From: a bacterium
GTDB lineage: Bacteria; Hinthialibacterota; Hinthialibacteria; Hinthialibacterales; Hinthialibacteraceae
Direction: 5' to 3'
Length of the DNA: 64,000 bases
Assembly (NCBI GenBank): GCA_963662285.2
Contig: CAXXMV010000002.1
Location: forward strand, 352,001 to 416,000
A program made the position numbers and the translations under genes. Shown piece by piece: positions 28,511 through 37,652 of the stretch (the stretch's first letter is position 1; the number at the start of each line of letters is the position of its first letter). The notes below the pieces were generated by a model. The model was not told the origin of the DNA, searched no databases, and worked only from the letters and a program-made list of their open reading frames with translations.

Positions 28511-28531
28511 TAAGATTTATCCCAAATCTCT

Positions 28532-29107
28532 CTACTGAAGCCGATTTTTATCGAAAGGCATCCAGGGAGAACCTAGTCTTACAATATCCCCCAAACTTAA
28601 AACACCGTTGCTGGGATCATAATCGACGCTGAATCCCACCATTTGAATTTTATCCGGCCCGGCGCTGGCGATTCTCCAACGCGCCCCTCGAGTAGACTGG
28701 GGAGCATTGTTGGCCAGTTTCGCCGATGTCCAGTCGTAATAGTCGTAAGTTTCAGTATGAAAACCAGTTCCTTCCTTTTTCTTGCCAAAAGGATCGGCTG
28801 GATAAAAAGATATAAACGATATGGGAGTGGTTAAAGCGGAGAAGCGGCTGATGGCTGAACCGGATGCGATTTTTTGATCAAGCAAATGGGCTACGGGATA
28901 GTTGCCGAATTCCAAATGATATGATTCCAGAGCGGTTGCCAGAGTGCGGCTATCGGCTTCCACACGGGATACTTTCGCCCGAATTTGAGCATTCAGAAAG
29001 TTTGGCACGGCGATAGCCGCCAGAATGCCGATTATGGCGACCACGATTAGCAATTCAATAAGTGTGAATCCAGTGTTTTTGGTTTTATAATGCATGTTTT
29101 TTCTCAA
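28532..29107 (-). CDS. Prepilin-type N-terminal cleavage/methylation protein (GspG-like pseudopilin)
   Basis: G|FTLIELLIVVAIIGILAAIAVPNFLNAQIRAKVSRV; LTTPI, DPF, SAGPD, YDPSNG-x-S-x-GDI. Confidence 0.92.
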   Translation of the reverse strand: MRKNMHYKTKNTGFTLIELLIVVAIIGILAAIAVPNFLNAQIRAKVSRVEADSRTLATALESYHLEFGNYPVAHLLDQKIASGSAISRFSALTTPISFISFYPADPFGKKKEGTGFHTETYDYYDWTSAKLANNAPQSTRGARWRIASAGPDKIQMVGFSVDYDPSNGVLSLGDIVRLGSPWMPFDKNRLQ

Positions 29108-29136
29108 TATCCTTGTTCATAGAAAAAGGTAACCAA

Positions 29137-29170
29137 AAACCGGGAGAATGACAACGCATTCTCCCGGTTT
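29137..29170 (-). terminator. Rho-independent terminator after the 29194-31263 gene
   Basis: Perfect stem AAACCGGGAGAATG / CATTCTCCCGGTTT followed by a T-run on the minus strand. Confidence 0.8.
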
Positions 29171-29193
29171 GTTCTTCTATTTCGACAGTATGT

Positions 29194-31263
29194 CTAATGC
29201 AGCATCCAATCCGCTACCGGCGTATCACTCTCAACCAATGTGGCTGCCAGTAAATAAACCTTGTCTGATTCATCGGCTGGTTGGTCTGGGAAGACAATCT
29301 GACTTAATGTTTTCCCCGCATCCAATGTATAGCGGCGGTGCAATAAGCCCGCGCCGATGTTTCCTGGATCGCCAGCAGTTGTTTTTAGATCGTTAAATAC
29401 AAGACGGTCGTTTTGGATATCGATTTCGCCGGAATAAACCGCCATCCAGAAGATGCCCGGTCCCCAACCATCACCTGTACTGCCATCGGTGAATTTCACA
29501 TAGACTTCGTTGGTTGAATTGTTTTCCAACATGCTTGCAAGATCAATGGTGTAGTATTGCTTGTTGTATTCATCACGGATGTCTTCACCATACATTTCCA
29601 TGGCATTCATTACTTCTTCGAATTGCTGCTCACCCTCTTCAACCTTGTTAACAATCAGAATGTTCTTGAGATATGGACCCCAGCCATTTTCCGGGATGCC
29701 ATCAGAGAAGCGGAACCGTACAATATTCTCGGGATTGCCGCTTAAGTATTTTGTCAGATCAATTGAATGGTAATCCAGGTTGCTGTTATCTGTGATTTCG
29801 TTGCCAGTATCAGCAACCCAATCCATTTCAATGTCGAATTCTCCAGCCGTTCCGGAAGCGACTTCGATTACGAATTGGTTGCCAACATTGATTTGAGCAA
29901 AAGCCGCTGTAATGTCGTCGGGAAGGTCAAATTGGTAGATCATGTAGGCAGTTCCATCAGCAAAACGATAAGAATCGCCGGGGATGCTGTTGCCGTCCTC
30001 TATTAGATAATTAGATTCTTCGGCTGAACCTACCGCCATGCTGTCGTATCGTACAACATCCGATGGACCAGATAGTGATACGATGAAATTGTTGGCCATG
30101 TCGACGGTTAAATTGGCGTCGGTTACGTCATCGGGCAGGTCAAAATGGTAGGTGAGTGAACCGGCGCCATCGGCAAAGCGGTGTCCTCGATTGGAGGGAC
30201 CGGAAGCGCTGTTATCATATAGGTATTTCATTTCTTCATCATTACCGTCTGTCTGGAACATGGCGTAAACAGAGGCTTGGCTGGCATCAACATCCGGCTC
30301 AAGCGTGTCTTCAAATGAATTACTCACTCCTGTAAATAGATTGATGTTTTGCAGATAAGGCCCCCAACCGTTTGATGTTGTGGCATCGGTTAGGAGAATA
30401 TAGAGTTCGCCGGTGTTATCGGCCAGGAAAGGCGTTACATCGAAGGTATACTGCTTCAAATTCCCCAATGCGCGATGCTCGAAACCGTCGTATATTTCCA
30501 TGGAATTTGCTAAAACAGTGAAGCCTTCAGTGGTGGAATACGCTGGATCTTCATATTGGGATGAGATGGAGATAACGAAATTGTTGCCCACTGTTACTCC
30601 CAAGGTTGCTTCTTCTATACCCTGCAAGTCTTCTATGACGTACATGATATACCCGGTCCCATCAATAAAACGGTTGCTTCCAGTATTACCATTACCGCTT
30701 TCCTGAACTATATACCAGGCTTCATCGTCACTGAAATCAGTATCAAACGAAACAATTGTTTCTACCGCGCTATCATCGGTATACCTGAAAAAGGTATTGT
30801 CGAAACTGGTTGGACTGTTAAACCAACCGGATATAGGACCGAAGCGCTTTTCGTCATTGGTTCCATCTGCATAATTAAATCCAATTTGAGTGAATGGTGA
30901 ACCGTAACTCCCTGGAGCTGATAACAAGGCCAGGTCTAAATATTGGTAATTTCCTTCAGCAATATCCAATGTTTGCCCTTGTATGATCAACGCATCAAGA
31001 GATTGATGGTTTAGAGGAGCGAAAAGAAAGGAAGTTCGCCCATCCGGAGTAGCAACAGGTGAGCCATCTGTGTAATAATCAGGTAATGAACCAGCATCGA
31101 TAAAGCGCCCGTCTTCATCTAATGGATCAGATAGACCTGATCCACCAGTTTCTAAAATGGCGTCGGCATTAAATAATGAGCTTAAGTCGACGTTGACTTG
31201 TTGCGCCATAGCGAAGACTGTAGTTACGCAAACAATAAATCCTAAAATGATAAATCGCTTCAT
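29194..31263 (-). CDS. Secreted acidic beta-sandwich repeat protein (carbohydrate-binding-like), nested domains
   Basis: Signal peptide MKRFIILGFIVCVTTVFAMA (ATG at 31263, GAAAGG RBS). Three RF[AI]DG...GWGP repeat modules; ends in TPVADWMLH. Confidence 0.8.
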   Translation of the reverse strand: MKRFIILGFIVCVTTVFAMAQQVNVDLSSLFNADAILETGGSGLSDPLDEDGRFIDAGSLPDYYTDGSPVATPDGRTSFLFAPLNHQSLDALIIQGQTLDIAEGNYQYLDLALLSAPGSYGSPFTQIGFNYADGTNDEKRFGPISGWFNSPTSFDNTFFRYTDDSAVETIVSFDTDFSDDEAWYIVQESGNGNTGSNRFIDGTGYIMYVIEDLQGIEEATLGVTVGNNFVISISSQYEDPAYSTTEGFTVLANSMEIYDGFEHRALGNLKQYTFDVTPFLADNTGELYILLTDATTSNGWGPYLQNINLFTGVSNSFEDTLEPDVDASQASVYAMFQTDGNDEEMKYLYDNSASGPSNRGHRFADGAGSLTYHFDLPDDVTDANLTVDMANNFIVSLSGPSDVVRYDSMAVGSAEESNYLIEDGNSIPGDSYRFADGTAYMIYQFDLPDDITAAFAQINVGNQFVIEVASGTAGEFDIEMDWVADTGNEITDNSNLDYHSIDLTKYLSGNPENIVRFRFSDGIPENGWGPYLKNILIVNKVEEGEQQFEEVMNAMEMYGEDIRDEYNKQYYTIDLASMLENNSTNEVYVKFTDGSTGDGWGPGIFWMAVYSGEIDIQNDRLVFNDLKTTAGDPGNIGAGLLHRRYTLDAGKTLSQIVFPDQPADESDKVYLLAATLVESDTPVADWMLH

Positions 31264-31807
31264 ATCTATACAACCTTTCTGAAAAAGTATAAATCTGATA
31301 ATCACTGTATAAGCATACTATTGATAAATTCGTTAATCAATCTAAATATTTTCCTTTACTAAAGCCGTACTATAGAATGTACCGGTAATAGTGTGTATTG
31401 TCTAATAAAAAGGAATTCATTTAAAATAGAAACATTGCATAGCCTGTATTGAATCGCATGGTTGCCAGAGGATTTATATGCATAACATGTGATGCGCCTA
31501 ATAACAAGGTGGGATTTTAAAATTATTATGTTTACGGTTGTTATATCAAGAATTATTGCTTATATAAACCGAATTAATATTTTAACTATATATATGGGTA
31601 GTTTTTCAGGTAATAGATGATGCAAAAATTTCAATAAACTATATAATTAGTTTATTTTGAACAACTTCCACGCCACTTGTGAAAATCAAAGGTTGTAAGT
31701 ATCTTCTTATGGAATAAAACTACCAAAATTCTTCCCGCAGATCTTCCATAACTTTTCTAGATTCTGGAGGACTGTATATAGGTGAAGACCGACCTGGAGG
31801 TTCTTAG

Positions 31808-34800
31808 ATGTCTCGCAAAACTGTCACTATCGACGGAAATCAAGCGGCTGCTTTTACCGCTCATAAAACAAACGAAGTATGCGCTATTTATCCTATCACG
31901 CCATCATCCAATATGGGTGAATGGGCCGATGAATGGTCTGCTCAAGGTAAAAAGAATATCTGGGGCAGCGTTCCAGATGTTGTTGAAATGCAGAGTGAAG
32001 GCGGCGCTTCCGGCGCTGTGCACGGCGCATTGCAAACTGGCGCGTTGACTACGACCTTTACCGCGTCGCAGGGATTGCTTTTGATGATCCCGAACATGTT
32101 CAAGATTGCTGGCGAATTGACATCAACAGTCTTTCACGTCTCAGCGCGTACGGTTGCTTCTCATGCTCTCTCAATTTTTGGCGATCACAGCGACGTCATG
32201 GCTTGCCGTTCCACTGGTTGGAGCATGTTGGCTGCCGGCAGCGTCCAGGAAGTCATGGATATGGCTCTTATCGCTCAAGCGGCTACTCTGGAATCCAGAG
32301 TTCCTTGCGTCCATTTCTTTGACGGTTTCCGCATCTCCCACGAAGTTATGAAAGTGGAAGAACTGACCGATGACGACATGAAAGCGATGATCGACGATGA
32401 TCTGGTTCGCGCACATCGCGCCCGCGCTCTTTCTCCTGATCATCCTGTATTGCGCGGAACCGCCCAGAACCCGGATGTCTTCTTCCAGGCCCGCGAAGCA
32501 GTGAACCCTTATTACAATGCCTGTCCTGGAATCGTCCAGAAATACATGGACAAATTCGCTTCACTTGTTGGACGTCAGTACAAACTATTTGATTATGTCG
32601 GCGCTCCAGATGCCGAGAACATTATCATCATGATGGGTTCGGGCGCTGAAGTTGCTCACGAAGCCCTCGAATACATGAATGAGAAGGGCGCCAAAGTCGG
32701 TTTGGTAAAAGTTCGCCTTTATCGTCCATTCTCACTAAAACACTTGATGGAAGCTCTTCCTGCTACAGTCAAGAAAATATCCGTACTTGATCGAACCAAA
32801 GAGCCAGGCGCCACAGGCGAACCTCTCTATCTCGACGTTGTAGCTGCTATTAATGAAGCAATGGTAGAAGGTTATGCTCCATTCAGCGCTGCTCCTCTTG
32901 TTGTTGGCGGGCGCTACGGTCTTTCTTCCAAAGAATTTACTCCGGCTATGGTCAAAGGCATCTATGATGACCTCGCTAAAGCTAAATCCAAGAATCACTA
33001 CACCATCGGCATCAACGATGACGTTACCCACACCAGCCTGGACTACGATGCTTCCTTTATCACTGAAGGCGATGATGTAGTTCGCGGTATGTTCTATGGT
33101 CTTGGATCTGATGGTACGGTCGGCGCTAACAAAAACTCCATCAAAATTATCGGCGAAGATACTGATAACTTTGCTCAGGGTTATTTTGTTTACGACTCCA
33201 AAAAAGCTGGTTCCGTTACGGTTTCTCACTTGCGTTTTGGACCAAAACCAATTCGTTCTTCTTACCTGTTGACTTCGGCCAACTTTGTCGGCTGCCACCA
33301 GTTCGTATTCCTCGAGAAATACGACATGCTGGAAAAAGCAGTAGACGGCGCCGTCTTCCTGCTCAACAGTCCTTATGGCAAAGACGATATATGGGATAAA
33401 TTACCGCGCAAAGTTCAACAGCAGATCATCGATAAGAATCTCAAATTCTACGTAATTGATGCTTATAAAGTTTCACGTGAAACCGGTATGGGCGCCCGTA
33501 TCAATACAATCATGCAGACCTGCTTCTTCGCCATCTCTGGCGTTCTGCCCAGAGACGAAGCTATTCAGGCTATCAAAAACGCCATTAAAAAGACCTACGG
33601 CGCCAAAGGCGATAAGATCGTCGAAATGAATTACAACGCCGTTGATCAATCAGTTGGCAACCTGTATCAAGTAACTATTCCTGCTACAGCAACCAGTACC
33701 ATTGAGATTCCACCACCTGTTCCTGAAAACGCTCCTGCCTTTGTTAAGGAAGTTACTGGTGAAATTATCGCCGGACGCGGCGATGGCATCCCTGTCAGCA
33801 AGTTCCCTGTTGATGGAACTTTCGAAACTGGCACTACCAAATGGGAAAAACGGAGCATCGCTCTCGAAATTCCTGTATGGGAAGATGATATATGCATTCA
33901 GTGCGCAAAATGTTCTGTAGTTTGTCCTCATGCAGCCATTCGCTTCAACGTTTATGATCCATCATGCCTGGAAGCAGCGCCTGCAACCTTCAAATCTGCA
34001 GATGCCCGCGGTAAAGAATTCAAAGACCTCAAAGCTACTATCCAGGTTGCTCCTGAAGATTGCACAGGCTGTGGAGCTTGTGTGCACATTTGTCCCGCCA
34101 AGGATAAGCAGAATCCTGAACGAAAAGCCATCAACATGGCTGATCAGATCCCTCTGCGTGCGCCAGAGCGTGAAAATTTCGAATTCTTCCTCAACTTGCC
34201 GGAATTTGATCGTTCAAAACTTAAGATCAATTCCGTTAAAGGTTCTCAGTTGCTTACTCCGCTGTTCGAATTCTCCGGCGCTTGCGCTGGCTGCGGCGAA
34301 ACGCCTTACCTTCTCCTCATGACTCAACTGTTTGGAGACCGCGCCATTATCGCTAATGCTACGGGCTGTTCTTCTATTTATGGCGCTAATCTGCCCACCA
34401 CTCCATACACGACTAACCGTGATGGACGCGGTCCGGCCTGGTCTAACTCGCTATTCGAAGATAATGCTGAATTTGGTATGGGTTATCGTCTTACCATCGA
34501 CAAGTTCAAGGTCATGGCTGTTGAATTATTGGATAAACTAGCGGCTCAAATTGGCGACAATCTGGTTGCTGGATTGAAAAACGCCGATCAGTCTACCGAA
34601 GCTGGCATCCAGGAACAACGCGACCGAGTTGCTGAACTCAAAACTAAACTACAAAGCTCAGATGACAATGATGCCAAACATCTAGTAAGTTTGGCTGATT
34701 ATCTGGTAAGCAAGAGCGTATGGATCGTCGGCGGCGATGGTTGGGCTTATGACATCGGTTATGGCGGCTTGGATCATGTTCTAGCCTCAGGCCGAAATGT

Positions 34801-35371
34801 AAACGTTCTGGTCCTGGATACTGAGGTTTATTCCAACACTGGCGGTCAGATGTCAAAATCGACTCCTTTGGGCGCTGTTGCCAAATTCGCTTATGGCGGC
34901 AAGCCTATCGCGAAAAAAGACCTTGGTATGATCTCTATGACCTATGGAAATATCTATGTCGCCAAGATTGCTTATGGCGCCAATGATACTCAGGCTATCA
35001 AAGCCTTTATTGAAGCCGAAGCTTATGATGGTCCTTCTATCATCCTGGCTTACTCACACTGCATCGCTCATGGAATCAACATGCGCACTGGTACGGATAA
35101 CCAGAAATCCGCTGTAGAGAGCGGTCACTGGCCACTATATCGCTTCAACCCGGATCTGGCTAAAGAAGGCAAGAATCCTCTGCAATTGGATTCCAAAGAT
35201 CCTAAGATCACTTATGAGGACTTCGCTTACGCCGAAACCCGCTTCAAGATGCTCGCCAAGAGCAAACCTGAAGACTCCAAACGTCTCATTGCTAAGGGAC
35301 AGGATGAGGTTTCCGCCCGCTGGCGTCTATATCGTCAGATGGCTGCTATGGACTATAGCAAACCAGAATAA
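31808..35371 (+). CDS. nifJ: Pyruvate:ferredoxin (flavodoxin) oxidoreductase, homodimeric type
   Basis: YPITPSS, EMQSEGGA, GLGSDGTVGANKN, two ferredoxin motifs (CIQCAKCSVVCP, CTGCGACVHICP), FSGACAGCGE, TPP-binding GGDGWAYDIG. GGAGG RBS. Confidence 0.97.
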   Translation: MSRKTVTIDGNQAAAFTAHKTNEVCAIYPITPSSNMGEWADEWSAQGKKNIWGSVPDVVEMQSEGGASGAVHGALQTGALTTTFTASQGLLLMIPNMFKIAGELTSTVFHVSARTVASHALSIFGDHSDVMACRSTGWSMLAAGSVQEVMDMALIAQAATLESRVPCVHFFDGFRISHEVMKVEELTDDDMKAMIDDDLVRAHRARALSPDHPVLRGTAQNPDVFFQAREAVNPYYNACPGIVQKYMDKFASLVGRQYKLFDYVGAPDAENIIIMMGSGAEVAHEALEYMNEKGAKVGLVKVRLYRPFSLKHLMEALPATVKKISVLDRTKEPGATGEPLYLDVVAAINEAMVEGYAPFSAAPLVVGGRYGLSSKEFTPAMVKGIYDDLAKAKSKNHYTIGINDDVTHTSLDYDASFITEGDDVVRGMFYGLGSDGTVGANKNSIKIIGEDTDNFAQGYFVYDSKKAGSVTVSHLRFGPKPIRSSYLLTSANFVGCHQFVFLEKYDMLEKAVDGAVFLLNSPYGKDDIWDKLPRKVQQQIIDKNLKFYVIDAYKVSRETGMGARINTIMQTCFFAISGVLPRDEAIQAIKNAIKKTYGAKGDKIVEMNYNAVDQSVGNLYQVTIPATATSTIEIPPPVPENAPAFVKEVTGEIIAGRGDGIPVSKFPVDGTFETGTTKWEKRSIALEIPVWEDDICIQCAKCSVVCPHAAIRFNVYDPSCLEAAPATFKSADARGKEFKDLKATIQVAPEDCTGCGACVHICPAKDKQNPERKAINMADQIPLRAPERENFEFFLNLPEFDRSKLKINSVKGSQLLTPLFEFSGACAGCGETPYLLLMTQLFGDRAIIANATGCSSIYGANLPTTPYTTNRDGRGPAWSNSLFEDNAEFGMGYRLTIDKFKVMAVELLDKLAAQIGDNLVAGLKNADQSTEAGIQEQRDRVAELKTKLQSSDDNDAKHLVSLADYLVSKSVWIVGGDGWAYDIGYGGLDHVLASGRNVNVLVLDTEVYSNTGGQMSKSTPLGAVAKFAYGGKPIAKKDLGMISMTYGNIYVAKIAYGANDTQAIKAFIEAEAYDGPSIILAYSHCIAHGINMRTGTDNQKSAVESGHWPLYRFNPDLAKEGKNPLQLDSKDPKITYEDFAYAETRFKMLAKSKPEDSKRLIAKGQDEVSARWRLYRQMAAMDYSKPE

Positions 35372-35412
35372 TTTAATATCACGAAAAATCGTGTATATTA
35401 ATCAGTAATCAC

Positions 35413-35452
35413 AACAGGGCGTCCGGGAGTAATTTCCAGGCGCCCTGTTTTT
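35413..35452 (+). terminator. Rho-independent terminator after nifJ
   Basis: Imperfect GC-rich stem AACAGGGCG...CGCCCTGTT followed by TTTTT. Confidence 0.7.
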
Positions 35453-35639
35453 AATGTCCTGATTCAGACAAAAAATCCATCAAAGATCAAAAATTCCGAT
35501 CTCAAGCCTCAGGATGTTCTTAAGACGATTGATGCTCAAGCAAATAAACCGTAAATTTACTATTATAGAATCAAGAAAGGTATATAATTTAACAACAAAA
35601 TATTTAAAATCCTGGTTTTAATTTGAAAGGATAATAACA

Positions 35640-36629
35640 GTGGATATTTCAACTTCATATCTTGGTCTTGCTTTAAAAAATCCCATCGTCCCATCATCAT
35701 CACCTCTTACAAGTGAATTGGATTCCGTCAAAAAGTTAGAGGATGCCGGCGCTGCAGCGCTTGTCATGCATTCTTTCTTTGAAGAACAAATTCAGTTTGA
35801 GGCGGACGAGCTGAATCATTTCCTGCTGCATGGCACTGATTCTTTCGCAGAAGCAACTTCCTATTTTCCTGAAGCGGACGATTATCGCCTTGGTCCGGAG
35901 GAATATCTCGAGCAAATCCGGAAAATAAAAAAGACTGTTGATATCCCCGTTATTGCCAGCCTTAATGGCGTTTCTACAGGCGGGTGGATCGATTACGCCA
36001 AAAAAATGCAGGATGCGGGCGCTGATGCTATCGAACTGAATGTCTATTTTCTTCCGACTAATCCAGATCAGTCCGCCGCTGATATCGAACAAGTATATGT
36101 TGATGTTGTTAAGGCTGTAAAAAGTTCCGTCATTATTCCGGTTGCTCTTAAGCTTAATCCTTTCTTCACTAATATGGTCAATATCTCAAATCGCCTGGTT
36201 TCCGCCGGCGCCGATGGTTTGGTTCTTTTTAATCGTTTTTATCAACCGGATATTGATATAGAAAAACTGGAGGTTGAACCTAACCTCAAAATCAGCAAAG
36301 CCAGCGAAATGCGTTTGCCTCTTCGTTGGATTGCCATACTTTATGGCCGCATCCAGGCGGATTTAGCTCATACCACCGGTATATACACTGCTACTGATGT
36401 AATTAAATCCATTATGGCTGGCGCAAATGTCACTATGATGTGCTCTGCTCTATTGAAATATGGTGAAAATCATATTGTGGACGTGCTCAAAGATACCATA
36501 GAATGGATGGAAGAGCACGAGTATGACTCTATCGCGCAAATGCGCGGCAGCATGAGTCAGAAAAATTGTCCTGAACCAACCGCGTTTGAACGGGCCAATT
36601 ACATGAAATCACTGCAAAGTTATACGTGA
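35640..36629 (+). CDS. Dihydroorotate dehydrogenase-like flavoprotein (nifJ-associated)
   Basis: YLGLALKNP, PVIASLNG, GADAIELN, PVALKL, GADGLVLFNRFYQPDID, FERANY. GTG start with AAAGGA RBS. Confidence 0.88.
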   Translation: MDISTSYLGLALKNPIVPSSSPLTSELDSVKKLEDAGAAALVMHSFFEEQIQFEADELNHFLLHGTDSFAEATSYFPEADDYRLGPEEYLEQIRKIKKTVDIPVIASLNGVSTGGWIDYAKKMQDAGADAIELNVYFLPTNPDQSAADIEQVYVDVVKAVKSSVIIPVALKLNPFFTNMVNISNRLVSAGADGLVLFNRFYQPDIDIEKLEVEPNLKISKASEMRLPLRWIAILYGRIQADLAHTTGIYTATDVIKSIMAGANVTMMCSALLKYGENHIVDVLKDTIEWMEEHEYDSIAQMRGSMSQKNCPEPTAFERANYMKSLQSYT

Positions 36630-36663
36630 TTTTGATTTTTCACAAATTCAGAATATCCAATAG

Positions 36664-36689
36664 AAAGCCCCAGCTAATGGGGCTTTTCT
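36664..36689. terminator. Bidirectional terminator between convergent genes
   Basis: AAAGCCCCA-GCTAA-TGGGGCTTTT. Confidence 0.75.
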
Positions 36690-36694
36690 CTTAC

Positions 36695-37516
36695 TTATTT
36701 CCCCATCGGTTTGGCGTAACAATAAAGACAATTGTGAAAGCACGACATAGCGTAGCCGCCAATATCTGAACTTTTTGTGCATCCACAGCCTTCTCTTTGG
36801 CTGCCGTCTCTGGCCGCGGAACACCGTTCGCCCGTCAGTTCGCTCAATAAAGGGCCATTAATGCAACTGCCTTGCTTAACCCCATTGGCTTTTAATAGCG
36901 CATCGTTACAGCACGATTCGAGCGTGACGCCTCTATCTTGGGCGTAGCGGCTCATGTGCGACAGGATGTCAACTTTCTGTTCAATAGGCGGATCGTAAAA
37001 ACCGAGGCTTTGCACAGCGGGGCGTTGCTTGACCTTCTTATACCAGGTAACGAAAGAAATTGTACAGCGCGTTACGCCGATATGAGCCATTGCATCGCAT
37101 ATGGGAGCGAAAGAACCAAGGTTGTTGCTTCTCCCCTCATCCCAATAGACGATGGGATCAAAGCGCCAATTGATATGCCTGACCGACCAGCGTTCAGTAA
37201 TCTCCCGTACTTGCCTTAAGCGCTCATCAAGGCCTGGAACTCCCTGTTCCCACTCTGGGCAATCAACCAGACTGAAATTGAAATACCAGCGGTATCGCTT
37301 ATCCCGTGATAAATCCGACTCCAAAAACGGACGAAAGTTCTTTGACCAAAGCACGATGCTATGCACATCTTCCGGCTTCAGGCTGACATGGTAGGTCTTA
37401 TGCTTCATCACCGGATTGCGCACCTCAACGCCGCCTTGCTTGATGCGCCGCTCCAGCCAGGGCATGTAGAATCCGGGAATATCCGTCCTTCTCGAAGCTG
37501 ATATTACTGTACGCAT
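36695..37516 (-). CDS. DUF1848 family protein (radical-SAM/SPL-like, C-terminal Cys cluster)
   Basis: ISASRRTDIP, WSKN, WRFDPI, QREGCGC-xx-S-x-DIG-x-Y-xx-C-x-H-x-CLYCYA. Confidence 0.9.
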   Translation of the reverse strand: MRTVISASRRTDIPGFYMPWLERRIKQGGVEVRNPVMKHKTYHVSLKPEDVHSIVLWSKNFRPFLESDLSRDKRYRWYFNFSLVDCPEWEQGVPGLDERLRQVREITERWSVRHINWRFDPIVYWDEGRSNNLGSFAPICDAMAHIGVTRCTISFVTWYKKVKQRPAVQSLGFYDPPIEQKVDILSHMSRYAQDRGVTLESCCNDALLKANGVKQGSCINGPLLSELTGERCSAARDGSQREGCGCTKSSDIGGYAMSCFHNCLYCYAKPMGK

Positions 37517-37652
37517 AGATTAATTCCCTGAATTAACGATAACGCATTGATTGACGTTGACAATAAAAAATCATATTATCAATTATTACAATATACAGTA
37601 TTCGCTCGTTATGCGAAGAACATTAATTAATAAGAAATGGGGACATAGGATT

